A stretch of 64,000 nt of DNA, taken from Phoronis australis (Eukaryota > Animalia > Phoronida). Positions 11,401 through 22,786 of this stretch are shown here, in pieces. Both the position numbers and the translations under genes were made by a program. Within the stretch, counting starts at the first letter, position 1. Every line of letters starts with the position of its first letter. Where the stretch lies: the NCBI GenBank assembly GCA_002633005.1, contig NMRA01000035.1, positions 1 to 64,000 on the forward strand, in the 5' to 3' direction. The notes under the pieces are model-generated. The model ran no database searches and was not told where the DNA came from. It saw only the letters and a program-made list of their open reading frames with translations.

Positions 11401-14013
11401 GGGCCTTCCTCCCTCGCTTGTCAGCTGTCTACCCCCAAAAGCCATATCCCTCCCATCAAACCTGACCACCCTCCTCTCTTGCCATGTAGTCAACCACTGA
11501 GTGTGTTGTCATTCATTATCTGGGCATTTGTCTTAATTATTATCCTCATACCTTATACCCCATCTCCCTTCTCTNCCCCGCTCTTTCTCATCCCAATATT
11601 TGCTGAACCATCACTCTTGTTCTTTCTCTGAGCATATGTTTGGATCACACGTATTCAATGTTCACCACACGTTCTCTGTCTTTCCCAGTATTTGGCCTGC
11701 TGCTCGGTGACACCATCATCCTTGACACTCTCGATCATGCCAATTCGTACAGGAAGGAAGTGGTCAAGTTCTGCTACTGCCCCACCATCCTGACACGTAC
11801 CGGTGACCGTATTCGGAGTAACGGCAAGTTTGGCGGCTTCATGAACAAAGCTGTTCCGCTAGAGAAGCTGAGAGGGGTTGTCTTCAGCGAGCCTCTGCCC
11901 AAAACGTATCATGCTGTCTGCACTCAGATTGGTAAGCTAAGAGACCAATGTAGCAACGAAAAGTTTCTATTCTGAGGCAAAACTTGACCATTTTAGTCAT
12001 TTATCAATATGTTGATTTACTTTTTAAAAAATTTTTGAAGTTAATGTAACTTTGTGTTTGGTGTACTAAAACGTTTAGTGTTGTAGTTTATTGAGCTGTT
12101 CCAGTTAGTGTAGTGAGAGGTATAACTGTTATAGTGATTGTATCAGGCTGGGTTATCCATTGGTTGAATTTTATGTTCTACACGTGTTAAATTTATTATT
12201 TTTGGCACTATAACTTTTGAGTTTTTGTGGAATGTGTTTGCAAGCTTATGTTTTCCACGCTTTCCCCAGTTTTAGATTGTCGTATCGCTGAATAGTCCCT
12301 TTAGACAGCATTGCGTTTCCTCTGTTGCAGACACATTGCAGGCATTTCGAGCGGCTCTCGTCAAGCAGCAAAACTCCAAGTTAGAGCTGGACGAGCACAT
12401 GCAGAGCCAGAACGACCCAGAGATGAGGGAGAAACAACGGGAATGTCAAGAGAGCGAGGAGCAAATGAGAAACATTGAGGAAAAACTAGGTCAGTAGGTC
12501 ACACAGGGCATTAATGCGTAGCTAAGTTTGACTAAGCTTGTTCGACATTTTTCTTCGAGCTTGAATTTCGGTGCGTCCTTACTAACAAGTGCTGGGTTAG
12601 CTGGCTTCTGAGGAGTGACGTGAATCAGGCTTGTCAAAAAAATCTTGACTAAGCTTGTTGGGCAACTCGCCTTTTTCAACAGCGTATTGGGAGCTTGAAA
12701 AATCATGGCTCTTGGTAACCTATGCTGTGCAAGGTTGAGGAAGACTGCCTACCAGTAAGTTAATTTATTACTAGTTGATTATCTGTAGCGAATTCCGTCA
12801 CCAATCAAGACTTGTTTTCTTATCAACTGGTGTTCAAAAAAATTCCCATGGCCTGTTCATGTGTGACAGTGTAGCTCGTGTGCTACATTCAAGTGTGCTA
12901 AAATTGAGACATTTGCACACATTGCTAGCAAGGTTATTCGAGTGTAGTGTGGAACTTTGACTAAGGTAGGCCCAAAAAGCTTCAATATTGGTCAAGCTTG
13001 AATAGTACTGGTCAAGCTTTAATACTATTCATCAAGCTTGAATGATATTGGCCATGCTTGGTTGAGACCACTTTATCACTATATCGGTGTCAACCAGTTC
13101 CTTGCTCATATGAGAAATGGTTTCTAAGCACGGAAAGAATTTTGAGTATGTTATTGCTGGACGCCATGGTCGGTGCAAAAAATAGGCTCGCTCGCCTTGA
13201 CAAGCAAGTTTGTTGAGGCTGGTGTCAACTGTCGGTTTTCTCCAAACCATGAAGAAAGCCAGGAACAAGCCGAGATCAATGTCTCATAACTGTCTAAATC
13301 ATAAGTTTGTTTTTGACGGAAATGACCTGTAACAGCTTTAATGATTATGGCCTTCATTTTTGCTGGGTTGTTGTGTGTACTAGCTTCATGTAACATATTG
13401 AAGGGTGGGTTACCAAGCAACAAAAATGCTAGTTGATTGTTCTTCACTCCACAGAAATCATCGTTTTTTTTTGATATTTTGGCCATGTTAACTTGTTTTT
13501 GGTGCAGTTGATGATGGCTACGATTGAATTTTAGTTCTCTACGTCCGTGACGCATACGAGTCCCGTGGGACTGCCTAAATACAAGTCTGTACTCACAACT
13601 TGACGTAGATAGGTATACAAATAACATAATTAAACCACTGACAGCAATAATAATAATGATGATAATATAATAGTAATAACAACAATAATAATAATAATAA
13701 TAATAATATAGGTAACTGACACTAAATATTCTCCACTGTCAGTAATAACATGGTGGTTTCAATTCCAAACTTACATTTTTCAGTCAACATCAACCAACCG
13801 TCTCCTGTACGACCAATCCCGTCAGCAATGAGCTTACAGGCGTCCGCCACCTCTTCGGCAAGAGTTGCCTCAAAACGAAATGCCGCGACGCCTGTTCGAT
13901 TTTCCGACGTTGCATCAACTCCAAAGAGAGCACGAGGCGCAGCTGCATTGGCGTCCCCTGTTACCAATGGTAACACGTCAAGACAGAGCCCTCGAGTCTC
14001 ACGCAGGAAGTAG
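5318..14013 (+). CDS. SMCHD1: SMCHD1 (SMC flexible hinge domain-containing 1) orthologue, 3' nine coding exons: 5318-5437, 6140-6225, 7310-7429, 8565-8666, 9424-9521, 10509-10615, 11689-11931, 12331-12489, 13784-14013
   Basis: The spliced translation ([16 protein letters not shown]...PRRLCGL...[34 protein letters not shown]...[14 protein letters not shown]...PLPH...[13 protein letters not shown]...[27 protein letters not shown]...[20 protein letters not shown]...IEEKL) is collinear with the human SMCHD1 C-terminus as I recall it. All introns are GT-AG with compatible phases. Confidence 0.96.
6140..6225 (+). CDS. SMCHD1: SMCHD1 exon (coiled coil)
   Basis: tctctacag|TG TCT...GGT GAT|gtaagt; [29 protein letters not shown]. 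Confidence 0.9.
6263..6340. repeat. (TGTGC)n pentanucleotide microsatellite
   Basis: Direct reading of the sequence. Confidence 0.95.
6921..7158. repeat. Minisatellite, 17-bp unit x14, each resembling a CTCF motif
   Basis: Unit CTGACCACCAGGTGGGG x14 in the SMCHD1 intron between 6225 and 7310. Confidence 0.97.
7310..7429 (+). CDS. SMCHD1: SMCHD1 exon (start of hinge region)
   Basis: ccttgcag|ACG...GGG AAG|gtgagg; [40 protein letters not shown]. Confidence 0.92.
8565..8666 (+). CDS. SMCHD1: SMCHD1 exon (hinge)
   Basis: ttttccag|ATT TGC CAC...AAA AAG|gtaact; [34 protein letters not shown]. Confidence 0.95.
8728..8763. repeat. (TTG)n microsatellite, imperfect
   Basis: Direct reading. Confidence 0.8.
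9424..9521 (+). CDS. SMCHD1: SMCHD1 exon (hinge)
   Basis: cctag|GCT AAA GAC...ACC AA|gtaagt; [32 protein letters not shown]. Confidence 0.94.
9560..9700 (-). mobile_element. tRNA-derived SINE head (Pol III A and B boxes)
   Basis: Minus strand reads GATAGCTCAGTAGACTAGAGCG...GGGTTCAAATCCCAGTCGTGGC: A-box and B-box at tRNA spacing but no intact acceptor stem. The 3' extent is uncertain. Confidence 0.7.
10509..10615 (+). CDS. SMCHD1: SMCHD1 exon (hinge)
   Basis: ctttccag|G CCC CTC CCC CAC...CGT ACG G|gtatgt; [36 protein letters not shown]. Confidence 0.94.
11689..11931 (+). CDS. SMCHD1: SMCHD1 exon (hinge core with [10 protein letters not shown] motif)
   Basis: tttcccag|TA TTT GGC...CAG ATT G|gtaagc; [71 protein letters not shown]. 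Confidence 0.97.
12331..12489 (+). CDS. SMCHD1: SMCHD1 exon (C-terminal coiled coil)
   Basis: ctgttgcag|AC ACA TTG...AAA CTA G|gtcagt; [53 protein letters not shown]. Confidence 0.93.
13646..13709. repeat. (AAT)n microsatellite
   Basis: Direct reading; imperfect AAT/GAT/AAC run. Confidence 0.9.
13784..14013 (+). CDS. SMCHD1: SMCHD1 terminal coding exon (basic S/T/P-rich tail with NLS-like PKRAR and RRK)
   Basis: cattttttcag|TC AAC ATC, phase 1 matches the previous exon; TAG ends at 14013; AATAAA signals follow at about 14327 and 15096. Confidence 0.85.
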
Positions 14014-14772
14014 ACTCGGTATTTTCATACCTGTTGTTTGCCATTGGTGGCGAGCTCTATGTTGGATACAGCTATTGTGTGACCCAGTCTTGTGGTGAGG
14101 AATGTCTCATAAGTAGTGCATACTCTTAAGCATAATTACTTTTTGAGGTTTGCATTTATGAGCTTTGCATATACAGCAGTTTTATGTACCAATCACTAAC
14201 ACATTTTCTGGATTTGGTAGCCTTTTATTGTTCAACACTTGTTTATGGAAATTGTTTCCCTATTTCAGTATTTGTCAATGATTGTTTGTCAAGAAAACTT
14301 AAACATTGATACCAGAGTATTTTTTTAATAAACTTGTATCATGCGAGGGACACATTTTTACTTTAAAACCTACCTGGAATGGTAATGCACATGAATTTGG
14401 TTGCAAATATGTTTTGAGCGTCATTGCTAAATGTAATGAACACATCAGCTCATTACTTGCATGCGTCAACGTTACTTTGTGGATCCTTGTAAGGCGCCAC
14501 AGTATGACCTGAAACGGCCAATTCGTGTATCATTTGAGGAATGTATGTTTTCGTATAACGTTCTTATAGTATTCATGTAACTATCTGGGTAGCTCAATAC
14601 ATCTTAGTGATGGAAATCTGTTTGAGGAAAGTCTTTACACCATCTTGCTGTAAGGTTGTTTTTCTGTATATAACTGTGTTGGTGTGTTTTCTATTTGCCT
14701 AAGGTTTTGTATATAGTTGAAAATATTAACTAAGATTTGACCTCATGTAGGTAGTGTTGCTGGTTCATATCG

Positions 14773-14896
14773 GCCGCACTTGATTGACTTCTTGAGGTGG
14801 CTAAGACATTTGATTGATTCTTGATGACGACTTCCAGCTTGCAGACCAATAGGACGTCTCAGCTGATTGACCCGACAGAAGTCAATCAAGCGCAGC
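14773..14896. repeat. Long imperfect inverted repeat (fold-back) in the likely SMCHD1 3' UTR
   Basis: GCCGCACTTGATTGACTTCT (14773-14792) pairs with AGAAGTCAATCAAGCGCAGC (14877-14896) at 18/20; inner arms GCTAAGACATTTGATTG and CAATAGGACGTCTCAGC pair partially. Confidence 0.8.
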
Positions 14897-17424
14897 TTTT
14901 GATAATGTACACAACTCATGGTATTTTTATAAACAATGTGTGTCTCTGGGGGTCGATGCAAATGGCAGTGTGCTCTGTTACTTCGTACACTGATTTTTAG
15001 TTTGAAACATGTTAAGGTATGGGTTAACCTATTAAGGTTTGTATATAAATCTACAGTCTGCAGCTGTCTGCAATGATTGTATTTTGTATTTTTCAAATAA
15101 ATCGAAACCATAGTTGACCTTTGTGTATGCTTTGCTTTGGGAAAAGTCTTGCCTATATTGCTAAATTAAATGGTCGACCTGAGGAGGTCCCAAACAGTCT
15201 TGAGGATTGAGGTCCTTTGGTCTAGTCACGGACATCGATGGAAAGCGTTTGATGAGATGCCAGTCTTACCTCTTACGAACATTATTGTTTACATTCACAA
15301 AAAAAACACTTCAGTTTCAAACCATTACAAGTAACAGAGTTTCACCATTTCAAAAACATTTTAAAGGCTACAAGGGCATAAAGTAGACAAGTGGTTAGCC
15401 TACACGTGGTCATGCTGGCAGTCCACTCTGTTCAATCGAACAGTTTGTTTTTTGTCCTTTTGAACAGTTATTCTTGTAATGTTATGTGGTTTAAACACAG
15501 TTTTTCAAGTTAAGAAGTTTATTAATAATCGAAAGAAAACAATGGCCGAATGAGCCTGCAACGCAAGTTAAACGCAATGCGTATATGCTACCAATGCGTA
15601 CATGCTTCCAATGCGTACATGCTGCATTTTCCAATTTGCAAATTTTCAGGTAGGTCAATCCCAATAAATTCTGATGCATTTTTTAGTTGCTGATGATTTT
15701 GATAACGGCTACGAGACCGACTTTATGAGACTAATAGGCCTTATTCATTTTTGGATTTAGTCAACTGAACGGGAATAAATGCGACTTTGATATAGCTGGA
15801 TTATATCATAATGATTCGCGAAGAATGTCCTCCCAACCACAGTAATCCTGTTACATCAGAAATTATCTCCTTATAAAACAGTTAGATACATTTTGTGTAG
15901 AAGGCGGCGCCCGGCAAATAGTAGAAATATTCATTCAACTGAGAATCGTGAAATATAGTTCTTTCACAAAGTATATTTTGCTTTGCGACGTATCAGCTTT
16001 ACGTGAAATATGTCACCTTTATTGGTGAAAGAAAGGTCTCCATGAAAGCAAGTAGCAGCATATGTCAATAAACACAACGGCGGACTTAAACCGGCTTGAC
16101 ATGTTTCGGCATTTATTAAAACACCATGCTCAGAAGAAAAAAATGGCCACCTTGCTAGGCCCAACAATGATACACAGACGAAGTCAGTAACAGGGACGTA
16201 ACAATAGACTAGACTAACAATGACAACATGTGGTGTGCCTCAGTGTTGCCAAGAAAGGTGCATTTAGGTCATTCATCGTTGGAAATCGGCCTGGTTTTGT
16301 TCCTTACTCAGTTTAGAAGTGACCAGTGGCTCCGAACTGGTAGTTTGTTATTCCTTCAGAATGATTAGATCACGGCGGAGTGATGTGAAATTTAGTAGGC
16401 TTAGTGTTTTGAAGAAATAAGGAACTGTCGGTTCCGTTGAATTTACCCCTCATATTACCGCGAAACTAGTTTTATACACTAAACAGGTGGACAAGTCACT
16501 GATTGCAACCTGGTATTAAAACAGTATTCCCACTGTATTTAAAGCATCTGTTGCTCAGTTCAGTCGAGAAGCTATGACTTTAATACCGCACGAGTGGTCA
16601 ACTTTACTTGTGGGAATGTACCAGAGAGGTACTGATGCGCGACAATTAACTCCAACAAACCAACGGCCGGGGGTTGCTTTGAAGCGAAGGATTATGCAGG
16701 ACATACTGACTCACTAATTTTAAGCATAACTGGACTAGGCTATGGATTTCAACGGACGACGGGTGCTTGTTGCGCTAGGGGAATTTTGGAACTCATTCCA
16801 TTAGGTGTTTATTTGTTTCTTAAGTTTTGAACTTCCAGTCAATATGTCGAGGTCGATGCTCATCTATAGTTGGTTCCTCAGTAACGACATAGTCAAGCCA
16901 ATATTTTTATGGTGAAAGTTTGAACTTGCAAGAGTATGAGTAACAATGGCAAGTGTCAGCGTGCACTGACTCGTACAGGCCTACATAAAATCATCAAATT
17001 AAAAATCAGGGCCTTATGGCCTTATAGCAGAGAGGGAGAGATGGAAGAAGGGAGCCTACACAATAGAATACAAGATAAAACAAATCGGGAACGGGGAAAT
17101 GAAACAGTTATTTACTAATCATACATTTGACATGCGATTAGAAGACAGACATAAGAAATCAACGTATCAGTTCTTCAATGTTCCAAAAATTATTAACAGC
17201 GTACCCTTCCCAACTGAGATACCCAGCCGCGAATGGAGTACCGCGATGCATACACACGAAAGAAGAGCCTGTAATATATAACAATTTATTGATTTTTGCA
17301 GTGTTTATTTACAAACAACTTGTACATATACATGAATGATAAAGTAAACTATGATTAATATTAGAGGTTATAATAAAATGCAAATATAGATACTATATGT
17401 ATATCAAACTAAACACTGGGATTT

Positions 17425-20400
17425 TTAAAAGTTACAATTTAAAAGTGCGCAAATTTTCGTAACACTATGGCTTTACTCTTTAGAAGTTACCACGCGTTTT
17501 CTGACTGTAGAGTGATGTCTTGATCCGTCACTTACAATTAGACTGTCTTCTGTCTAAAAGGGTCCTCCCCGTGCGCGTGCCCATTTCGTACACGGAAGGT
17601 AGCAGTCAGTCTCTTGATCACAAGACGATGTCCAGCTTGAGATTTCTAAAACTAGCAATTTAAAAGCGCGCAAGTTCTCGTAACACAGTGGTTTTACTTT
17701 TTAGACGTTACCATGCCTTTTCTGACTGTAGATCCGCCACTTGCCATTAGACCGTCTTCTGTCTAAAAGGATCCTCCCCGTGTACGTGCCCATTTCGCAC
17801 ACGGACGGTTTGAAGTCAGTCTCTTGATCATAAAACGATGTCCACGTTGAGATTTCTAAACGTTACAGTTGACTGTAGAGTGATGTCTTGATCCGCCACT
17901 TACAAATTATTAGACCGTCATCTGTCTAAAAACGTGTCCTCGTGCACGTGCCCATTTCGCACACGGAATGTAGTAGTCCGTATCTAGATCACAAGACGAT
18001 GTCCACGTTGAGATTTCTAAAAGTTACAATTGACTATACAGTGGTCTTGATCTGCCACTTACAATTAGACGTCTTCTGTCTAAAAGGGTACCCCCGTGCA
18101 CGTGCCCATTTCGCACACAGAAGGTACAGTCGGTCTCTTTATCATACGACGATGTCCACATTGAGATTTCTAAAAGTTACAATTGACTGTAGAGTGATGT
18201 CTTGATCCGCCACTTACAATCAGACCGTCTTCTGTCTAAACTGGTATCCCCGTGCACGTGCCCATTTCGCACACGAGAGGTACAATCACTCTCGTGATCA
18301 TAAGACGATATCCACATTTAGATTTCTAAAAGTTACTGTAGAGTGATGTCTTGATCCGCCACTTACAATTAGACTGTCATCTGTTTAAAAAGGTACCCCC
18401 ATGCACGTGCCCATTTCGCACACGGAAGGTAGCAGTCAGTCTCTTGATTATAAGACGATGTCCACATTGAGATTTCTAAAAGTTACAATTGACTGTACAG
18501 TGGCCAGGTCTTGATCCGCCACTTACAATTAGACGTCTTCTGTCTGAAAAGGTACCCCCGTGCACGTGCCCATTTCGCACACGGAAGGTACAGTCAGTCT
18601 CTTGATCTTAAGACGATGCCCACATTGAGATTTCTAAAAGTTACAATTGACTGTAGAGTGATGTCTTGATCCGCTATTTACAATTAGACCGTCTTCTGTC
18701 TAAAAGGGTCCTCCCCCGTGCACGTGCCCATTTCGCACACGGAAGGTAGCAGTCAGTCTCTTGATAACAAGATGATGTCCACATTGAGGTTTATAAAATT
18801 TACAATTCAAAAGTGCGCAAATTCTCGCAACACACTGGCATGGTTTTACTTTTTAAACGTTACAACGCGTCTTCTGACTGTATATTCGTCACTTACAATT
18901 AGACCGTCTTCCGTGTAAAAGTGTCCTCCCCGTGCACGTGCCCATTTCGCACACGGAAGGTAGCAGTCAGTCTCGATCATAAGACGATGTCCACGTTGAG
19001 ATTTTTAAAAGATACAATTTAAAAGTGTGCAAATTCTCGTAACACTGTGATTTTACGTTTCAGACGTTGCCTCGCGTTTTCTGACTATAGAGTAATTTCT
19101 TGATCCTCCGCTTACAATTAGACCGTCTTCTGTCTAAAAGGGTACCCCCGTGCACGTGCCCAATTCGCACACGGAAGGTACAGTCAGTCTCTTGATCACA
19201 AGACGATGTCCACATTACGATTTTTAAAACTAGCAATTTAAAAGTGCGCAAATTCTCGTAACACAGTGGCTTTACTTTTTAGACGTTATCATGCTTTTTC
19301 TGACTGTAAATCCGCCACTTGCCATTAGACCGTCTTCTGTCTAAAAGGATCCTCCCCGTGTACGTGCCCATTTCGCACACGGACGGTTTGCAGTCAGTCT
19401 CTTGATCATAAAACGATGTCCACGTTGAGATTTCTAAACGTTACAATTGACTGTAGAGTGATGTCTTGATCCGCCACTTACAATAATTAGACCGTCATCT
19501 GTCTAAAAACGTACCCTCGTGCACGTGCCCATTTCGCACACGGAATGTAGCAGTCAGTCTCTTGATTATAAGACGATGTCCATCCACATTGAGATTTCTA
19601 AAACTTACAATTGACTGTACAGTGGCCGGGTCTTGATCCGCCACTTACAATTAGACGTCTTCTGTCTAAGAAGGTACCCCTGTGCACGTGCCCATTTCGC
19701 ACACAGAAGGTACAGCTAGTCTCTTTATCATAAGACGATGTCCACATTCAGATTTCTCAAAGTCAGAATTGACTGTAGAGTGAGGTCTTGATCCGCCACT
19801 TACAATTAGACCATCTTCTGTCTAATTAAAAAGATACCCCTGTGCACGACGTGCCCATTTCGCACACAGAAGGTACAGCTAGTCTCTTTATCATAAGACG
19901 ATGTCCACATTCAGATTTCTAAAAGTTACAATTGACTGTACAGTGGCCGGGTCTTGATCCCCCACTTACATTTAGACGTCTTCTGTCTAAAAAGGTACCC
20001 CCGTGCACGTGCCCATTTCGCACACGGAAGGTACAGTCAGTCTCTTGATCTTAAGACGATGCCCACATTGAGATTTCTAATAAAAGTTACAATTAACTGT
20101 AGAGTGATGTCTTGACCCGCCACTTACAATTAGACCGTCTTCTGTCTGAAAGGGTGCCCCCGTGCGCGTGCCCATTTTGCACATGGAAGGTAGCAGTCAG
20201 TCTCTTGATCACAAGACGATGTCCACATTGAGGTTTCCAAAACTTACAATTCAAAAGTGCGCAAATTCTCGTAACACACTGGCATGGTTTTACTTTTTAA
20301 ACGTTACAACGCGTCTTCTGACTGCAGATTCGTCACTTACAATTAGACCGTCTTCTGTGTAAAAGTGTCCTCCCCGTGCACGTGCCCATTTCGCACACGG

Positions 20401-20660
20401 AAGGTAGCAGTCAGTCTCGATCATAAGACGATGTCCACGTTGAGATTTTTAAAAGATACAATTGAAAAGTGCGCAAATTCTCGTGACACTGTGGTTTTAA
20501 GTTTCAGACGTTACCTCGCGTTTTCTGACTGTAGAGTAATGTCTTGATCCGCCACTTACAATTAGACCGTCTTCTGTCTAAAAGGGTCCTCCCCCGTGCA
20601 CGTGCCCATTTCGCACACGGAAGGTACAGTCAGTCTCTTGATCATAAGACGATGTCCACA
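17425..20660. repeat. Satellite array of about 18 monomers (short ~150-163 bp, long ~208-220 bp) with a higher-order duplication
   Basis: Anchor GTGCACGTGCCCATTTCGCAC (or close variants) at about 17571, 17780, 17942, 18096, 18252, 18401, 18560, 18718, 18932, 19150, 19358, 19519, 19682, 19842, 20003, 20162, 20376 and 20596. Confidence 0.97.
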
Positions 20661-22214
20661 GTTCACCAACTTCGATTGTCTACCAAGTATTTAACCACAC
20701 TAGGTTTGTTGATGCAACAGCGGAATGATCGAGAATCACGGATTTGCAACGTCCTGTTGTTTACCAGTAACCACATAAATATGTGAAAATGAAGGGTGAA
20801 TTGAATTTGCATTTGACCATTTACAGAGTTCTGCTGACTTCCACCAATATGAACAATGACGTCACACGTCTACTGCACAGGTACAGAACTACGATTGTGC
20901 GTCATACGTATTATCTACATCAACCGTGAGTGGTTTCTTGGATGTATTCTGGTGGGCCTAACCCGCCAATGGTGAGCCTTATAAGGATGGTTCATTTTGA
21001 GTTTAAACTTGCCAAGATCTCTGGGGGGTCATTATTCCGTTTCAACCGATGACCACTGGTAAAGGTGTGAATTTTGTTTACTTGTAATAGTTGATTCGAC
21101 AAGTGAAATACCTTCACGTAACAGTGCCTGGTCTTACTCTCCATCAGTGGGTTTGCCGATCGCCGTTCAGCTGATGATGTATCACGTGTACTTTTGTATT
21201 GGTAACTTCCGTTCCTCTCCATGTAGGTTCTAGAGCCGGGCGGTACGAGACGAAGTAGATGGTGTCCTCTTTATCTCGTGAGCTCTATCACCCTTAGACA
21301 GCCTCCATCGGGCGAGTCGAACTTTATCAGTGTAGCCGTAGGAAAGCTGCGTAGCTTCTCCTTCGTTAGTCGACTCTCTGCAATTGAAAGCTTTCGCCCA
21401 GAGGAGATCTACAAAAATACAAGTATGTCCAACACTAAAGTTCAGTTGTAATACACAAAGAAAATATAGTCTGGATGCTATGGACTACAAGTAGATAAGT
21501 CTTTATGCCACTAATCAACATAGGAATACTGTACAACAAGACCATTATTTGCTAACCTGCGCTTAGAGGAAGGCGTCGTCCAGGTAACGACACTTCAGCT
21601 GAGCATGCGCATCTCGTATCACATGACTGGAGCTATCACCAAACACGTCTTGACAGCTTGGTGGTCGAAGTTGTTATGAGACTAGTTGCTAAAAACAAAT
21701 GGAAAGAACAAAGGATGACGCAATGTGTTGCTTAGCAACATCGAAGACACAAGCATCTCAGTACAAACGGTGACGTTAAGAATAATGGATTGCGTCATGA
21801 GCTTTAAAAAATGGATTTTGTTATATGCTGTAAATGCAAATGGAAAATAAAACCGAATACACATTTAAATGGGTTTCAAAGATGAACATTCTTGTAAAAA
21901 TGTCACAATTAACTACCATGAAGTGCAATGAAACAAGACATAGTTATATTTTTTTTCAATAACGGCATATTAAACTTTCTAAAGGTCAGAAATAATGGTA
22001 TTTTCAGGGATTCAGTAAGCGAGATTCAGTAAAATATTAAGGTTTCAGTCATCGTCGTTTGATTTTTGACAGATGACATTTACCGAAGAAAAAAATGACA
22101 GAAATCTTCAAGTTACAGTGTGATCGCACGTGATTGAATGCCTCAACACCTCCCGCAGTTTAGAAAACGCTTGGAAATATATTCATAGTTCGTCTGCATA
22201 CTTGCTAATTTCAT

Positions 22215-22700
22215 TCACTTACGCCTCTGGCCACCTAAAGAAGTGTTCAGATGTCACAGTTCTTGCACAGGTCTGCCTCGCTTCTGACTTCGTTGGGTGT
22301 TCCAGTCAAAAGCCTGGTGGTATTAGCATTCGGCTTTTGTAGCAGGTGACCACTAATCCACCTCCAATTCCTTCTCTTAATCTGGATCTCTATGGCTTCT
22401 TGCCCTGCTCTGATCCATACAGTTTCATTCGTTATTCTATTAGAGCACTTGTTTTGCAGAATTTTACGCACATATCTGTTTACAAACACTACGACATTGT
22501 CGATGATGGACTTAGTAAGTCACTGTGTCTCTGAGCTTTAAAGCGGGGAGGACATTTTTGAGTTGAAGTTCTTGAATTTAGTTTTCAGGGACGGTTTGGA
22601 CTTCCTCACACTCATAGGTTTCACCATGGCATGCGCTTGACGGGCCTTCTATATAAGAGCCCTGGAGTCTTCTTCTGTTCCACCCATAGTGCTGACCATT
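22215..22700 (-). mobile_element. RTE-clade LINE 3' fragment, degenerate
   Basis: Translates VSTMGGTEEDSRALI*KARQAHAMVKP...SLKTKFKNFNS...FVNRYVRKILQNKCSNRITNETVWIRAGQEAIEIQIKRRNWRWISGHLLQKPNANTTR, typical of the RTE ORF C-terminus (GGTDEDIKARIGKAR...WIGHTLRK). Confidence 0.88.
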
Positions 22701-22786
22701 TTGCATTGAAAGGTGAAAGACTGTCCGCCTATCGCTTTCTCAGCCACTGAGATGGCCATCATGATTTTGCCCTTCGTTATGTGTCA

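Noticed and set aside
11311-11631. 106-aa hydrophobic ORF
   Set aside because: Pyrimidine-rich intronic low-complexity sequence containing an N; no start or splice support.
13151-13627. 158-aa minus-strand ORF
   Set aside because: No recognisable domain or splice structure; it lies in repeat-like intronic sequence.
17942-20786. Short ORFs inside the satellite
   Set aside because: Monomer lengths vary by non-multiples of 3 and stops are frequent, so there is no sign of coding constraint.
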